From Candidatus Muiribacterium halophilum (GTDB lineage Bacteria > Muiribacteriota > Muiribacteriia > Muiribacteriales > Muiribacteriaceae): DNA of 64,000 bases. The notes under the pieces are model-generated. The model ran no database searches and was not told the DNA's origin. It saw nothing but the letters and a program-made list of their open reading frames with translations. Positions 63,441 through 64,000 of this stretch are shown here, piece after piece (the stretch's first letter is position 1; the number at the start of each line of letters is the position of its first letter). The position numbers were made by a program, and so were the translations under genes. The stretch spans positions 3,885 through 67,884 of the forward strand of contig PKTG01000025.1 of assembly GCA_002869225.1 (NCBI GenBank). The letters run 5' to 3'.

Positions 63441-64000
63441 CCTAAATTTTCTTTTGTCTCTTTAATATATATATCCAATAAGTGTCTTTTATAATCAGCT
63501 GAAAAATACATATCATCTCTGAATGTTATTTTTTCATTTTTATATTCTTCTATATCGAAGATCTTTATCCTTTCCTCGGATCCACGAAGTACACATTTCA
63601 CTTTTTCATTTGACCTTACTGCACAGAAATTCATATATGGATAATCAAACCTCACGTTTGTCAATCTCCTATAAAACCAATTTAGATCCTGGTCTTTAAC
63701 CGTGATTTTGGTTACAACAAAAGGTTTCTGTGGTTTATTATTTATTAACTCAAGAATATCGATCTGTTTTTTTTCACCACTGAATATTTCAATCTTAGCA
63801 TCAACAGCAACAAGAGGTGGTATAATATCTGACCATGAAGGTGCTCCTACAACACTTCCACCTATTGTCATCCTGTTTCTTATTGAAGTAGAACCAGCAT
63901 TTGAAAATACATCTGCTAAAAATACCAGTATATTCCCATCTTTTTTTAAGTCTTTTGATCTTTCAATAAATTCACCTACAGAAAGATATGGTCCAATCTG
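63434..64000 (-). CDS. FAD-binding medium subunit of a xanthine dehydrogenase family enzyme (partial; 5' end beyond the window)
   Basis: The frame is open to the window edge. AGSTSIRNRMTIGGSV matches the molybdopterin-dehydrogenase FAD-binding domain pattern. Confidence 0.7.
   Translation of the reverse strand, partial: QIGPYLSVGEFIERSKDLKKDGNILVFLADVFSNAGSTSIRNRMTIGGSVVGAPSWSDIIPPLVAVDAKIEIFSGEKKQIDILELINNKPQKPFVVTKITVKDQDLNWFYRRLTNVRFDYPYMNFCAVRSNEKVKCVLRGSEERIKIFDIEEYKNEKITFRDDMYFSADYKRHLLDIYIKETKENLGC

Overview
The window is a low-GC (about 30% by eye), gene-dense bacterial chromosomal segment, mostly housekeeping genes in operons with overlapping start and stop codons. I saw no CRISPR array, tRNA or rRNA genes, or mobile elements.

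Genes I can support, in order: polA; an M48 peptidase; an FG-GAP beta-propeller protein followed by pseudopilin-like genes; rlmD/rumA; a NUDIX hydrolase; HU; a chemotaxis operon (cheW-cheR-cheA-cheB-cheY-cheX) whose 3' end is translationally coupled to a radical SAM gene and an EndoQ-like PHP nuclease; purA-guaB; a 1347-aa surface protein with a long acidic tail; enolase; an OPT oligopeptide transporter; ymdB joined in frame to a GAF/HD-GYP phosphodiesterase; a B12-binding radical SAM protein; M24 and M16 peptidases; rluB; a sensor histidine kinase; a thioredoxin-TPR protein; clpB; an ABC ATPase with lptB and a DUF3084 protein; a spore-photoproduct-lyase-like radical SAM gene with two GT2 glycosyltransferases and a STAS protein; folC; and a three-subunit xanthine-dehydrogenase-family enzyme.

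The most notable observations are:
- Three conserved genes (cheY, purA, ymdB) each carry a single in-frame stop codon, and a 5'-truncated radical SAM paralog sits upstream of the che operon. This suggests either genome decay or sequence errors.
- An operon couples minor-pseudopilin genes with an integrin-like FG-GAP propeller protein, a candidate pilus-tip adhesin.
- A radical SAM plus EndoQ-like nuclease pair is embedded in the che operon.
- ymdB has lost its stop codon and reads through into a GAF/HD-GYP protein.
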